From: Geosiphon pyriformis uo1 | Lineage: Eukaryota; Fungi; Glomeromycota | Reading direction: 5' to 3' | Length of the DNA stretch: 64,000 nucleotides | Assembly (NCBI GenBank): GCA_016748015.1 | Contig: JAAOMT010000128.1 | Coordinates: 751,538 to 815,537, forward strand | Shown here: positions 13,601 to 25,059 of the stretch, in pieces | Position numbering within the stretch: position 1 is the first letter of the stretch | How the letters are laid out: every line of letters starts with the position of its first letter | Position numbers and translations under genes: made by a program | The notes under the pieces: model-generated | What the model saw: the letters and a program-made list of their open reading frames with translations, nothing else | Told to the model about the DNA's origin: nothing | Database searches by the model: none

Positions 13601-15399
13601 TTCATTCTTAAGTTTAATTAGGCCTCGGGTTGAGCAAATCCGCAGTCGAATTATGACTATCGCTCATAAGTAAGTCACTTTAAGATGTAAATTTTGTGTA
13701 TAACTCGATGCCGCTTAAGCCTTATGGTTCCCATATTGGCTATTTAGGGAAAATCTCAAAATTGGATCTAACGTGGTCGATGAACTTATTAAAGGGACTC
13801 ATACAGACATACGCCAAGTTCTCAATATGCTGTCGACCTATAAACTTACCGAAAATAGTATGGATTACGATCAGGGAAAAGCTTTGTACGTTTTATCATT
13901 TCTCGAAATTCTCGTAAGTTAATATCAAACAATCTCATCTTGATATTTTTTTCATTCATTTTCTCAGATCCAAAGCCTCCGAAAAATCGGACATTTTGAG
14001 TCCTTGGGATGTTTTATCCAAGCTTTTCAATGCTTCCTCCTGGGTTGAGCGCAACAACGTTACGTTAGATGATAAGCTCGAATTGTATTTTCAAGATCCG
14101 AGTCTTATTCCTTTGATGGTTCAAGTAAGTTCTCTGTTTTACGTATATTTGCAAACTCCGCTAGTACACTCAAAAAATCTTGCTTTGATTTGTATAGGAA
14201 AACTATATAAAACCTAAACCCCAACGTGCCGTTTCTCAACCTGGCAACGATTTTATCGAAATCTCTTTAGAAATGAGAAAAAAAGCTGCGGATGCTATCT
14301 GCGATGGTGATATTATTGATAGAAAGATACATGGGTATGCAAATTCATTTAGCATAGCTTTTTTAATTGTGTAAAATAACATCGGGCTTTGACTTGAACC
14401 CTAATTCGACCCTATTTTTTAAGCTCTCAAATGAATTGGAGCTTGATGCCACTCCACGGTCTCATTTCTTGTGTACGACCATCTTCTTTCATTCATGGCT
14501 CTATGAGTGGACAATCTTCATATGGTGGACCAATCTCATTCCCAAGGTAGGCTTTATTAAATAAAATGTTGGTCCGGATTAGTCCTTTGAATTCTCACAA
14601 ATGTCTAAGCTGTTTTTGTTGACTTGTAGTTGGCTTGGTCAAAACTCGAAAATGGGTAAATATCAAAGGAGATTGCAAGAGATCCAAAGTCGCATGCGCC
14701 TTAAGATTTCTGGTGACAAAAATGAAGTGCGTCAGAGTTACCTTCCGGCTTTATTATCAGCGCTCACTAATCCCCTCATTCAAGATGGAACTGTACGTAA
14801 AATTTCTGATACATTCCCTAAAGTTGCCGTATAAAAATTTAAATCAATTATCTAATTTTTCAGGATGGGGTGCCTCAAGTTGTTGAACTTATGGATGAAT
14901 ATTATCTTACAAAAGATGATTGGGATGTAATGATTGAATTTGAACTAGTTCGTAATGACGGGGAAACGCTTCTCAAGAAAATATCAACATCTACCAAGGG
15001 AGCTTTGACCAGAAAGTAAATCTTTGACTGATTGTGACTTTGCTACCTGATTACTTTTTTAATCGTGTTCTAAATATCTCTAGATACAATGCAACCACTC
15101 ATCCCCTACCCTTCACCCGGTTAAGTACAATGGCTAAAGTAACTAAAGTATCTTCAGCCTCTGCTGAGGTGCCAGATGTCGAGGAGGCAATTGAGATTGA
15201 TGATGTTATTGAAGAGGAAGAGGAAAGCGGCAGTGCCGATGAAGATGATTTGGCCCATGATGCTAATATCAAACAGAAAAATGTCGCTTCGAAGGCCAAA
15301 ATTTCGACTAAGAAAAGTGCTGGGGCTGGGTCAACAAGAGGAGCACGAGGTGGTCGAGGAAGCAGAGGCGGAGGAGCACGTGGCAGAGGAAAGAAATGA
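10640..15399 (+). CDS. RFC1: Replication factor C large subunit (multi-exon, >15 short introns)
   Basis: Starts MDIRNYF. BRCT domain (GKAFVFTGELTSISREEAQDLVKRYGG / RVTGAISSRTTYVVVGDDPGPKK), LWVEKHKP, Walker A ISGPPGIGK|TTAAH, EFNASDTRSKK, Walker B IIMDEVDGMSSGDRGG, RFC1 C-terminal WLGQNSKMGK, acidic/RGG tail. GT-AG introns are visible throughout. Confidence 0.95.
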
Positions 15400-16522
15400 A
15401 ATATCAGATTAAACAAAGGAAATCCAGTGACTTATAGTCTTTCCTTTTAAGTCTTGCTAACAGACATCCAATGAGCTGTTTTTACAGCAATTTTCTTGGG
15501 ATTCAGACTTGGATGTCTTTTGTTCTGAATTTTAGTTTGTAATATTCAAAATATTTGAGCTTTTAGTTACACCAGTTTGATTTAGGTACTTTGGATCAAT
15601 AACTTCGTGGTTGTGAATATCGATTGCTTCTAAGCTTTTCTATACTTGATTATTTTCTTATTAATTCAAAATAAATGTTGTCTTTGTACAAACTAGTATT
15701 TTGGAATGTTATATTGAAAAATTGCCTAAAAACGATTAATAAATGTCTGAAATTCCTATTTTAACAGTTGAAAATTTTAATTAAAAAAATATTTATTTTT
15801 AATTCAATTTTATAATTTTTGTTAATTCATATTAAAATACAATTGTATAATAATTTTATAATATTAAAGTAAATAAAAAACAATTTATTTTTATATATTC
15901 TAATTCTATTATCTTAATTGTTGTTTTATTGGAAATATTTTATTTTTTGTAAATTATTATAAATAGTTTTTTTAAATGAATTCTTATTATAATATTATTT
16001 ATTTAATTTTTGTATATTTCTAAATACTACTTTAATTTATTAATTAGTTTTAATAAAAAAACAATTTTTAAAATCAAAAAAATTTATTATTTTAAAAAAC
16101 AATTTTAAAACTAAATTAATCAATATTTTTTAAAATTAGTAAATTGGTTTTTTGAGTATATAATTAAACTTATTTTATTTTTTATTTTATTTATTTTATT
16201 TAATAGTTAAAATATATTATTATTATTTTTAATTTTTAAAAAAATTTAAATATTATTATTATTAAAACTAGTACATTAAAAAAATTTTATTTAATAAAAA
16301 ATATTTGGTTGTTAAAATTGTTTTAAGTATTAAATTTTGAATTATTTGATTTTTAAAATATAAAATATTTTTATTTTATTTATTAAAACTAATATTTAAA
16401 TTTGTAATAAATCCTAAAATTTTTGAAATTAGTTTTTTAATATAAAATTATACACAAAAATTATTGTTTTTTTTTAGTTTTTTTTTTGTTGTTTTTGATT
16501 TTATATTTAACTTTAAATTGAA

Positions 16523-18690
16523 ATTTTTTTTATTATGTTTTAACAAAGTATATTTAAACATTATCTAATATTATATATTAAATCAAATAATCTAAATTAA
16601 ACATAAATTATGTGTTTTTTATATGTAACCAATTATTTGAATTAGTTAAAACACTAACTAAACTGAATTAAAAAAAGCTAGAAATAAATTCTGTTTATTA
16701 AGTTTCTTAATAATATTATTTAAATTTTTAGAATTAAAAATAAAATCACCAAAAAACAATCTAGTTTTTTAATATTATTTTTAACTTTAGAATTACATAT
16801 TTGTTATAAAGCAATTATATAATCATATGTTTTTTTGCTTAAAAAATGTGTTTTAACAATACTTAAATTATTATTATCTATATTATTAAATTTAATCTTA
16901 GTTTTAAGATTAGCAAAGTTCTTAGATATATTAGCTAAAGAAAAAACAAAGTTTTTAAGAGCATTAAACATAATAAACAAATTTTTTTCAACTTTGTAAT
17001 TTTTATGCATATTTTCAAATATAAAAAAAATAATTAAAATAACCAAAAAACCAATAGATTTAACAATAGACTTTATCAAAACAGCCAAACTTAAGACTTA
17101 AAATTTCAAAAAGTTTATTTTAAACATAATAGCTAAATCAACAGTTAAAACAACCAAAAAAACAGCAGAAAAAAAAACCAAAAGAATAAAAATTATAGCA
17201 TAGATTTTATTATTAACAAAAGATAACATAAAAAACTAAAAACTAATAATAAACTTAAAAAACAACTTAAAAGACAAAAGTAAAAACACTTTATAATTAA
17301 TAGATAAATAGTTTAAATTTTAATATTTATAATAATAGCAGTACTTAGAAGTTTTCTATTAAATATAACATTTGTGTAGAGTACTAGTCTTAACTATAAC
17401 AAGCTTTAATATTTTATAAGACTTGAAAATAACAACAACAAAGTATTAATAATAATAAAAATTAGAAAAACAAAGAATATAACAAGTATAACCACCAATT
17501 TAAAAAATTATATTACTGATTTTAAAAACAATAAAACCAAAAAAAATTCCTTAAAATAATAATTTTTTTTTAATTGAAGAGAAAAAAAATTTGAATACTA
17601 TTTTTTTTAATTAGTACAAACCAATTATTAAGAACAATAATTATAAAAAAAAAGTTTTAAAAGTTACAATGATATATTGTCACAAGTTAACAAACTTTAA
17701 TTTTATTAAAGTGATAATACCAAAAACACCAAAAACATTTTTAATATTATTAAGAAATATATTAAAAAAAATATTATAAAATACAACAAAAATGAAAAAA
17801 AACCAGAAGCTATTATAAAAAATTTTACAATTTTAAGTGTAATTAAAAAAAGAAAACCACTAATAAAAATTTTAATAATAGTAACCAAAAAAGCTTTAGA
17901 AGCAAAATTTATATGAAATAACTTAATATTGTCTTTAAAAACTAATTTGATCTTAACAAAACCAGACAATAAATAAAACAAAAAATTAATTAAAACTAAT
18001 TAAATCTTAAAAATAGCACCAAATATTAAAATAAAAATCACTTATTTAAAGAATTTTTAATAAATAAAATTTTTTTTTTAGGTATTATCAAAGACAATAT
18101 TAAAAAACAAAAAAGTAGAAATTAAATTAATTTTTATTTAATTAATTTAATCTTTAAAATCAAGTAATTTAATAAGTTATTTTGCTTTTAGAACTGATAA
18201 TAATTTACCAAAAGACATTATATTTAACAATACAGCCAGTAATTAATCTTAATTTATTTTAAAAAACATGTTAATATTATTATTGTTTATATTAAAAAAA
18301 AAACTAAATACTGTTAAAAAGATCTTATTTAAGATTTTATTTGAAATTACAAAAAATTTAATATAACAATAGCAAATACAAGCAATTATTGCTGTTTTTT
18401 TAATTTTTTGATCTTTTTGGCCATTTGTAAAAAGATGATAATAATATTAGTAATAAAAACAAAAAAAACCAATTTGTTAACTAATTTGTTATTAAAAATT
18501 TTAGATTTTTTAAAAAATGTAAAAACAATTAATTTAAGTGTGTTTTTTAAAAAAAACTTTAACTAATAAAAACTACCAATTAAAAATAAAAAAAATACTT
18601 TAAAAACTACAAAAGACAACTTTTTATTACAAATATTTAAAAAAATGTTGTTATAACATTTTGATTATGGTCATAAAAATAGAAAAGAAA
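16523..18690 (-). mobile_element. Family X half-LINE copy 2, strongly eroded
   Basis: Start ATGACCATAATC at 18674 matches the X start. ORFs 17706-17981 (KDNIKLFHINFAS) and 16804-17088 (LAVLIKSIVKSIG) are AT-shifted X ORF1. Same 3' tail at 16530-16660. Confidence 0.7.
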
Positions 18691-18699
18691 AAGAATTAT

Positions 18700-19115
18700 T
18701 TGGCTTTTTTGAAATTTAAGTTGGCTAAATTAATTATATTAATTAGATTTATTATTGAATTTAATTTTTTGGTTATTTTGATTATAAAATTGATAAGTAT
18801 TTTATTTGTTATTAAAAAAAATATTGGTATTTTTGAAAAAATTATTAGTAATTTAAATAAAAAAAATAATTAATCATAATGTAACATATAATGTCAACAG
18901 TATATTTAATAAAATAATGGTTTTTTGGAAGTTTCAAGTTTCAAATATCAAGTTTGATGCTGCATAAATGACTGGTTTGGTTGTTCTTTTATAGATTCAA
19001 TGTAGTGTAGACTTGATTGGCTGGTGTGGTTGGTTACGTATAAGCCACATTTAATTTAGAACATATACCTTATTTTATAGTATTAAATAGTGGTTGGGCT
19101 TCATTCATTAATAAA
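18700..19115 (+). mobile_element. 5'-truncated family X/LINE 3' fragment
   Basis: Eroded coiled-coil segment, then the shared tail (ggttacgtataagccacatttaatttag...gtattaaatagtggttgggcttcattcattaataaaaa), matching 56350-56480. Confidence 0.65.
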
Positions 19116-19589
19116 AATCAGAATTTGAGACTATTTTAGGGTCAAATATTTTGTTCTATATTTGACGAAAAAAACAAAAATGGGAATTAACATTTACCGT
19201 CGAGATAGACAGTGGAATCTCTATAATTTTTTTACTGCACTTAAAAGTTTGATATATCGTTTTAATAATTTGTAAAGCTTAGATTGTTTTATCTTATATT
19301 ATTTGTCATTCCTATTTTATTTTAAATATTAATTTAATTTGTTATTTAAACTTCTACATAATCAAATTAAAATCAAATAGAACATTTTAATAATAAAATT
19401 CGATGTGTTTTTCTTTTCTGTAATGTAATTTTCAATTAAAAAAAAATTTAAACCAATTCAAACTATAAAATATACCATACAAATTTTATTTGGAAAATTT
19501 GTGTTTTAAGCAAGTTCCGGATGGATTGTAACACATGAATAATAGGCAATACTAAGCATTGCTATGTAATGCTTATTGTTTCCTATATG

Positions 19590-21190
19590 GTCAAGCAATG
19601 CACCAATTTCTCTCTATCCATAACAAGCTTATAATTTTGGCAAGTATACACCGATTCTTGGATATTTCCACACTCCTAATTCTTCTTGGTGATCAGATGT
19701 TGACGAAATCGATAGTGCGCCCAGCATAGCACCTTTCTAACTGTTTTTCATGCGATTTTCGATTCATCATGTCCGATACCTCAAAGGGAAGAATGAAAGT
19801 AGCATCCAATTCGTGAGTGAAGAATGCGACAGCCTTTCTGCGTATTTCTGTCTGCAAGTCTAAGATCTTTTAATGCACGCACCCAATCGCCTTTTCTAAT
19901 TTTCTGGCTTTAACTTTCTTAGGTTTTAAGGAGGTATTTAATTTATCTTCCTTTGAGCAAAGGTCATCTATAAATTTGTAGAGGTGAAAAATATGACTGA
20001 TGTCACAAGAGCATAATTTGCCTTCTTTTGTTGGGGAATACCATGTAAATGGAGTGCAAATGCCAGGATCTATGGAGACTGCATAAACAGAACTATCCGC
20101 TTGGGTTTCGGGGAGCTGTTTTTGGCTTGTATACCCAGACAAACTTCCATTCATTAGTTTTGCGATAGTAAGTGAGCTTGCCATCACATGTGATCTTGTG
20201 TGGATTGGGGCACTTGTATTTTTACGTTTTTTTTTCGAAGTGGAGAGGCCATAGTACATGTTTTTCCTAAAAATAAAGAGCAAAATATGGCATAAAAACG
20301 ACATAAATAATGATTAAAAAAAACAAAAACGTAAAAATTTATTATCTTTACCTTGTATCGATGTACATATGCATATTTTGTTAGAGTGTGAAGGTAAGAT
20401 ACATAGAAGCGATTCCAAGGTAACTTGGCAAAACTCAGATTGAAAAGAAAGATAATGTGTTGATGCACCTTGTTGTCGCTGTGTATTACGTTTAATAACT
20501 TTCTTTCGCGTAACCAATTCTTGATCAATCGCTTCATCTGTGATGTTTGAGCCTAAGCAAACCTCTTGAGAGCATGCCAAGATGGACAATGGCTCTGAAA
20601 ACTTTTCTTTCACCGCAGATAGCCGAAATATCATTAAAAAGAAGACATTTTTGTTGAAACGTCATATGTTTTAACCATCCTTTTTCCGTGATACCATCTT
20701 GTCTCATAATGATGCGACGCCTTTTGCTATCCCACCACATATTGGAAGTAAATCTCGCCAAGCCCATCCATCGCTTCTGAAGGAGGTTGGGATACATCTT
20801 GACTAGTAACGTGCGGTTGAGGATACCTTCCGTCTTCTGACGTTTGCCACGAGCTTCTGTTTGTTTACTAATACAAATGACAGCATACTGGTGGTCAACT
20901 CAAAAACCGTCACTACTCTCGTACTTGACGCATGTAAATCGTGAAGAGTCGATTCAAGCCTTGCGGAAGGAAGAACTAGATTCTCAATACGTGTCTTAGT
21001 TAGTAAAAATCACGAAGCATTATAAAGAAGAGACCAATGCCTTTACCTTGCGCTTTTTTGTTCCTGCGTTCTCTTCAGTAGCGAGATCTCCTTCCCTGCA
21101 TGCGGCAGATGAACTGTGTTGAAGGCAAGAATATCCTGGAAGAGTTGTGCCCGTCAGAGGTCGCATCGTCGAAGAAAACCAGTTTTGTAG
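19590..21190 (-). pseudogene. Fanzor2 / TnpB-like RNA-guided nuclease pseudogene (frameshifted, with apparent spliceosomal introns)
   Basis: N-terminal QNWFSS; HTH-like KMYPNLLQKRWMGLARFTSN; RuvC-I VSIDPGICTPFTWYSPT (20062-20076); LQTEIRRKAVAFFTHELD..LPFEVSDM (RuvC-II E); VRKVLCWAHYRFRQHL; partial Zn finger CGNI..YTCQ; RuvC-III VMDRE. GTAAAG...TTTAG intron at 20351-20267. Confidence 0.85.
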
Positions 21191-21845
21191 AATGGAGATT
21201 TATTGGGGGAGGTCAAAGGCAAACAGGCAGATCATATCCTTCCAATATTATTTAACTGCGTTCGATCGGTTTTGGTCCTGTATTATGCCAAAATTTCGTG
21301 TCAATGACAATTAGAAAAAGCTTTCTATCTGCGGAAATTTGAACCAAAATGGAACACGCAGCACAGAGGCAATTCCCCCCAGTAACACGGAGGTCGTTGG
21401 GGATAGGTTGATCCAAAGTGGAACACGCAGCACAGAGGCAATGCCCCCCAGTAACACAGGGGTCGTTGAGGACACAAATGGCCAGCGAAGCAGTATGAAA
21501 GAAAATACTTTTTGAAAGTTTTCTAACCAAGCCCGAGCGGCTATTGTTCGTTTTGCGTCTTCATGAACCTCATCAGCGATAACTGAGAAAGTTCGCTTGT
21601 AAACGCTGTGGATCAATCACACTGGGTAATGGCAACTTCCGAGGCAGCACCGTATGGCTTGATCGTTCCAGTAGGGCCTTAACCCCTTGGCGCTTGAAGC
21701 TGACGCCAGAGCCGATATTGCTAACGAGCTCATATGTCGGGAATCTGGAGAGAATTGTTTTTGTCGCTCAAGGTCCTCTTTTTGCTTCGGACCAGAGATA
21801 TGGGTGTAGAGGTAATCTTTCTTAGTGCGGGTGGTGGTATCAGGA
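21080..21845 (-). pseudogene. IS607-type serine recombinase TnpA pseudogene (fragmented)
   Basis: KKDYLYTHISGPKQKEDLERQKQF (=YARVSS..Q..DL.RQ, 21808-21794); YELVSNIGSGVSFKRQGVKALLERS (=DIGSG.NF.R.GL); EVAITQCD (=EVVVAYRDRL); later CLFAFDL, QDILAFNT and FICRMQGRRSRY. Confidence 0.8.
21351..21475. repeat. Two 69-bp-period direct repeats (GGAACACGCAGCACAGAGGCAATKCCCCCCAGTAACAC...)
   Basis: Copies start at 21351 and 21420 and are near-identical over ~50 bp. Confidence 0.9.
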
Positions 21846-22070
21846 AGAGGTATTTATTTTCGCGATTTTGAACCTGATAAGTACCTGATTAATATTTTTA
21901 TTGATTACCAAATCTTTTCATCGGCTAAGATTTCAAAAATTTGAGATGCATAAAATTTTCAAATCAAGAAGCGTGCAGCCTTGAGACTAAGTATGAGTCA
22001 ATATATTTTTGGTATCATCAATAGCTTCCTCACACCTATTTCTGTTAATATCTAGTGGTTCCGTTAAGAG

Positions 22071-24656
22071 ATGGAACCCATCACTCTATCCCTTCCAAAA
22101 AGGCGAGCAAAGCTTAATTTATTGAGAAACTATTATGGATTAGATTCAGATGAAAAGAAGGCAGATCCTTTAGATATTGACCATAAATCTTTTGAACCCG
22201 ATAAATATTTTAATAAACTTCTCTCTGGGGAGCATTTAAATACACTGATACAACGAAACAATGAATTGACCACGGAGATTCGTCAATTGGACGGAGATAT
22301 GGAAACATTAGTGTATGAAAACTATAGTAAATTTATTAGCGCGACTGATACAATCCGAAAAATGAGAAATAACGTGGAAACGATGGAAACTGAAATGGAT
22401 CAACTAACAAAAATTATGGTAAACATCTCTGCTATTTCTCAAACTGTCAATGCAGCTCTTGGAACTAAAAGAGATAAAATCCGGCAATTAAACGGTGTTC
22501 ATGATCTCTTAAAGAAAGTTCAGTTTATTTTTGAATTACCAAAACGCTTGAACCATTGCCTGGAACATCAATCATATGCACAAGCTGCGCGATATTACGC
22601 CCGCACATCGAAATTATTTGAGCATTATCGCACTCTGTCGGTCTTTAATTCGATTGAGATCGAATGCAAGGAAATTATTCAAAAAGTAACTATGAAAATG
22701 AGGGAGAACATGATGAAGTCTGAGGCAACTGGAATAGAAATTGCAGAATCTATATCATTGTTGATTATGTTAAAAGAACCTGGCTTTCAATTACAAAGGG
22801 AATATCTTGAGATTGGTGGGAAATTCCTTGAACAATTTTTATTAAAAACAGTCAAAGAAATGTCGACATTGCCTCTTGACTATTCGATTGGCGTTGATGC
22901 AGACGATGAATTGCCTTTGGCACAAACCCTCGTGAAATCTAACAATAGGCTTAATTATCTGAACAATAAATTTCTAACCGAGCTCAATCGGTTCGTTGAA
23001 TCATTTTATGGATTCTTTTTATCGGGTGGAAAGGGACAAAATAAAGAGGTAAAATCAAATACGTACAAATCACCTACCAGATCTCCCAAAACTACGGAGG
23101 GAACGAGGATTTTTCATGTTAATCTAAAAGGTGAGGAAAGATCAACGGCTGAGAAGGATTTTGTGGTGGTGGTAAATGCTTTAGCAAAAGATTATTTTGA
23201 GGTAGTCAATACTTTATTGGAATTTCCCGACAATATTACTTCACTTAATCCATCTATACATCTTCATATATTGGATGAACTTTATTGGGCAATTTTATCA
23301 CGAACAAGTCTTTGTAACATAGCTGGATTTCAAGAACGTGTTAATCAGATTATTGACAACTGGGAAAATAACTTGGCTAAAAAGGTTTTTGGATCACTTG
23401 AAAGCCAATTTCTTGATAGGTTCGCAATATTTACACAGTCCAAATCTGGTGAAGAAACTTCATCCCAAATGACAGCCCAAAATATCCAATTTTTTGTTTT
23501 GGATAACGAAACCTGGTTCACCAATTATTTATCAGGGGAGTGTCTTGCTCTATTAGAAGAATGTGTTAGAACAGATGCTGAAATTATACGTCAAAGGGGT
23601 GGAGTCGCCCAGCTTTCACAGCGATTTCAAACCAGTTTTCGTGAATTTTGGGATTCCATAATTTTATCAATGCTCGAATATGCATCAGCCAACATCCAGA
23701 TGACGAAAATGGGCTCAGTTGATTCAATTTTATCGATTGTTCCCCTTGTTATGGCTAGAATACTTTATGACTTTGCAGAGATGATTATTTCTCAAGTCTA
23801 TCAGGCTTACTCTAGTCGATTGTGTCTTAGGCGTGAACCCCAAACTCTAGGAATCGATTCATATAGTTTCAAAGATCGAACCGAAATCGCAAAAGAATTA
23901 ATGAAAGATCTCAAGGAAGTTATCTTCCTTTGTAAAGAGAGCTCTCAAAATCTTTTACGATGCTATGTTGAAATAGCAGGGAATTGGATTTCCGAAAAAA
24001 TACGCTTAAATTATCCAGGTTTTAGTTCACTTCAGATTATCCATCCAGTTGAAGAGGTTTCAGATATCTGCAAAGAAATATTATCTAATCTTACCACGAT
24101 TAACAACGATGTGGTAACATTATTTGGTGAACCTGCTGATTCTCATAAAAATCAAGAAACTAAATCAATTTATCAAGAATCAATTAAAGGCGATCTGTCT
24201 CGAGGAGCAAGTAATCTATCTCTAAATAGCCTTACAGCCCCATCTTATCGACGTAATCAATCTAGTTCACCTCTCAATTGGTTGGATAATCAACGGAGAC
24301 ACAATTTTATCATCACTCATATTGATCAAACACAAATAGAAAAATTCTTCTCGGAACGTGTTGAGATATACGGAACAGTTGATTTTGGGAAATATGGAAT
24401 TATGATTGGAATAATGAAGATCATCCTGAAAACATTCATTGAGATTATTCGATTGCAAACATTATCACGGACTGCTTTTGAAAAAATTCAAATTGATTGT
24501 GAATTTCTTCGTTTAAATCTATGGAAATTTTTTGATGACGAAAGATTGATTGTTAATTTGCTACAAGAGTTGGCTACCAGCGCATATCGTCGTTGTATAG
24601 ATCCAATTACCTTGGATTTCGCTTTGATAGAAAAAATCATTAATCCGAATGCATAA
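22071..24656 (+). CDS. VPS51: GARP/EARP complex subunit Vps51 (Ang2), 861 aa, intronless
   Basis: LLRNYYGL, DPLDID..FEPDKY, EIRQLDGDMETLVYENYSKFISATDTIRKM (Vps51 N-domain); C-terminal IEKFFSERVEIY, LKTFIEIIRLQTL, QIDCEFLR, SAYRRCIDP. Confidence 0.92.
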   Translation: MEPITLSLPKRRAKLNLLRNYYGLDSDEKKADPLDIDHKSFEPDKYFNKLLSGEHLNTLIQRNNELTTEIRQLDGDMETLVYENYSKFISATDTIRKMRNNVETMETEMDQLTKIMVNISAISQTVNAALGTKRDKIRQLNGVHDLLKKVQFIFELPKRLNHCLEHQSYAQAARYYARTSKLFEHYRTLSVFNSIEIECKEIIQKVTMKMRENMMKSEATGIEIAESISLLIMLKEPGFQLQREYLEIGGKFLEQFLLKTVKEMSTLPLDYSIGVDADDELPLAQTLVKSNNRLNYLNNKFLTELNRFVESFYGFFLSGGKGQNKEVKSNTYKSPTRSPKTTEGTRIFHVNLKGEERSTAEKDFVVVVNALAKDYFEVVNTLLEFPDNITSLNPSIHLHILDELYWAILSRTSLCNIAGFQERVNQIIDNWENNLAKKVFGSLESQFLDRFAIFTQSKSGEETSSQMTAQNIQFFVLDNETWFTNYLSGECLALLEECVRTDAEIIRQRGGVAQLSQRFQTSFREFWDSIILSMLEYASANIQMTKMGSVDSILSIVPLVMARILYDFAEMIISQVYQAYSSRLCLRREPQTLGIDSYSFKDRTEIAKELMKDLKEVIFLCKESSQNLLRCYVEIAGNWISEKIRLNYPGFSSLQIIHPVEEVSDICKEILSNLTTINNDVVTLFGEPADSHKNQETKSIYQESIKGDLSRGASNLSLNSLTAPSYRRNQSSSPLNWLDNQRRHNFIITHIDQTQIEKFFSERVEIYGTVDFGKYGIMIGIMKIILKTFIEIIRLQTLSRTAFEKIQIDCEFLRLNLWKFFDDERLIVNLLQELATSAYRRCIDPITLDFALIEKIINPNA

Positions 24657-25059
24657 ATGTCAAATTATCAGTTACACCCTACCTAGTGCCAATAAGAAGT
24701 GGTTTGATCAAGCTATTATTGTGTATTTAGATGATGTACATTGTATTATTATTTCTAAAAAGAGGATTCAGGTTCAGCAACCTTTAAAACGATATATTTC
24801 ATCATATGATATTTAAAAAATTTTGTCAACTTTAACACATCATAATAATCAAACATCAAATCGTAATCATAGGAGTTGACATGTTTTTTTTGCTAATCAT
24901 AACTTCATCCAATCGTGATAGCTGTCGCAGTCGCATATAATCAGGAGAGTAATAAATAGCAGATGAGAAATCAGGTTTATTCTAATAAATTGGTCTGGTT
25001 TTTGCCGTCTTTGTTATAATTCAATAAATAAAATTCTCAACAGTTTACGCGTTTACAAA

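Larger units (their letters stand above)
19517..21890 (-). mobile_element. IS607-family element relic (serine-recombinase TnpA + TnpB/Fanzor2)
   Basis: TnpA and TnpB motifs occur in the canonical order with the overlapping-frame junction. Boundaries are estimated: right end at ...CCATCCGG (19517); ACCTGAT direct repeats at ~21872-21889 near the putative left end. Confidence 0.75.

Noticed and set aside
21351-21475. Repeat-spacer-repeat pattern next to an RNA-guided nuclease, suggesting a mini CRISPR array
   Set aside because: Only two ~50-bp copies with a codon-multiple period, no cas genes and a eukaryotic context. A simple tandem duplication fits better.
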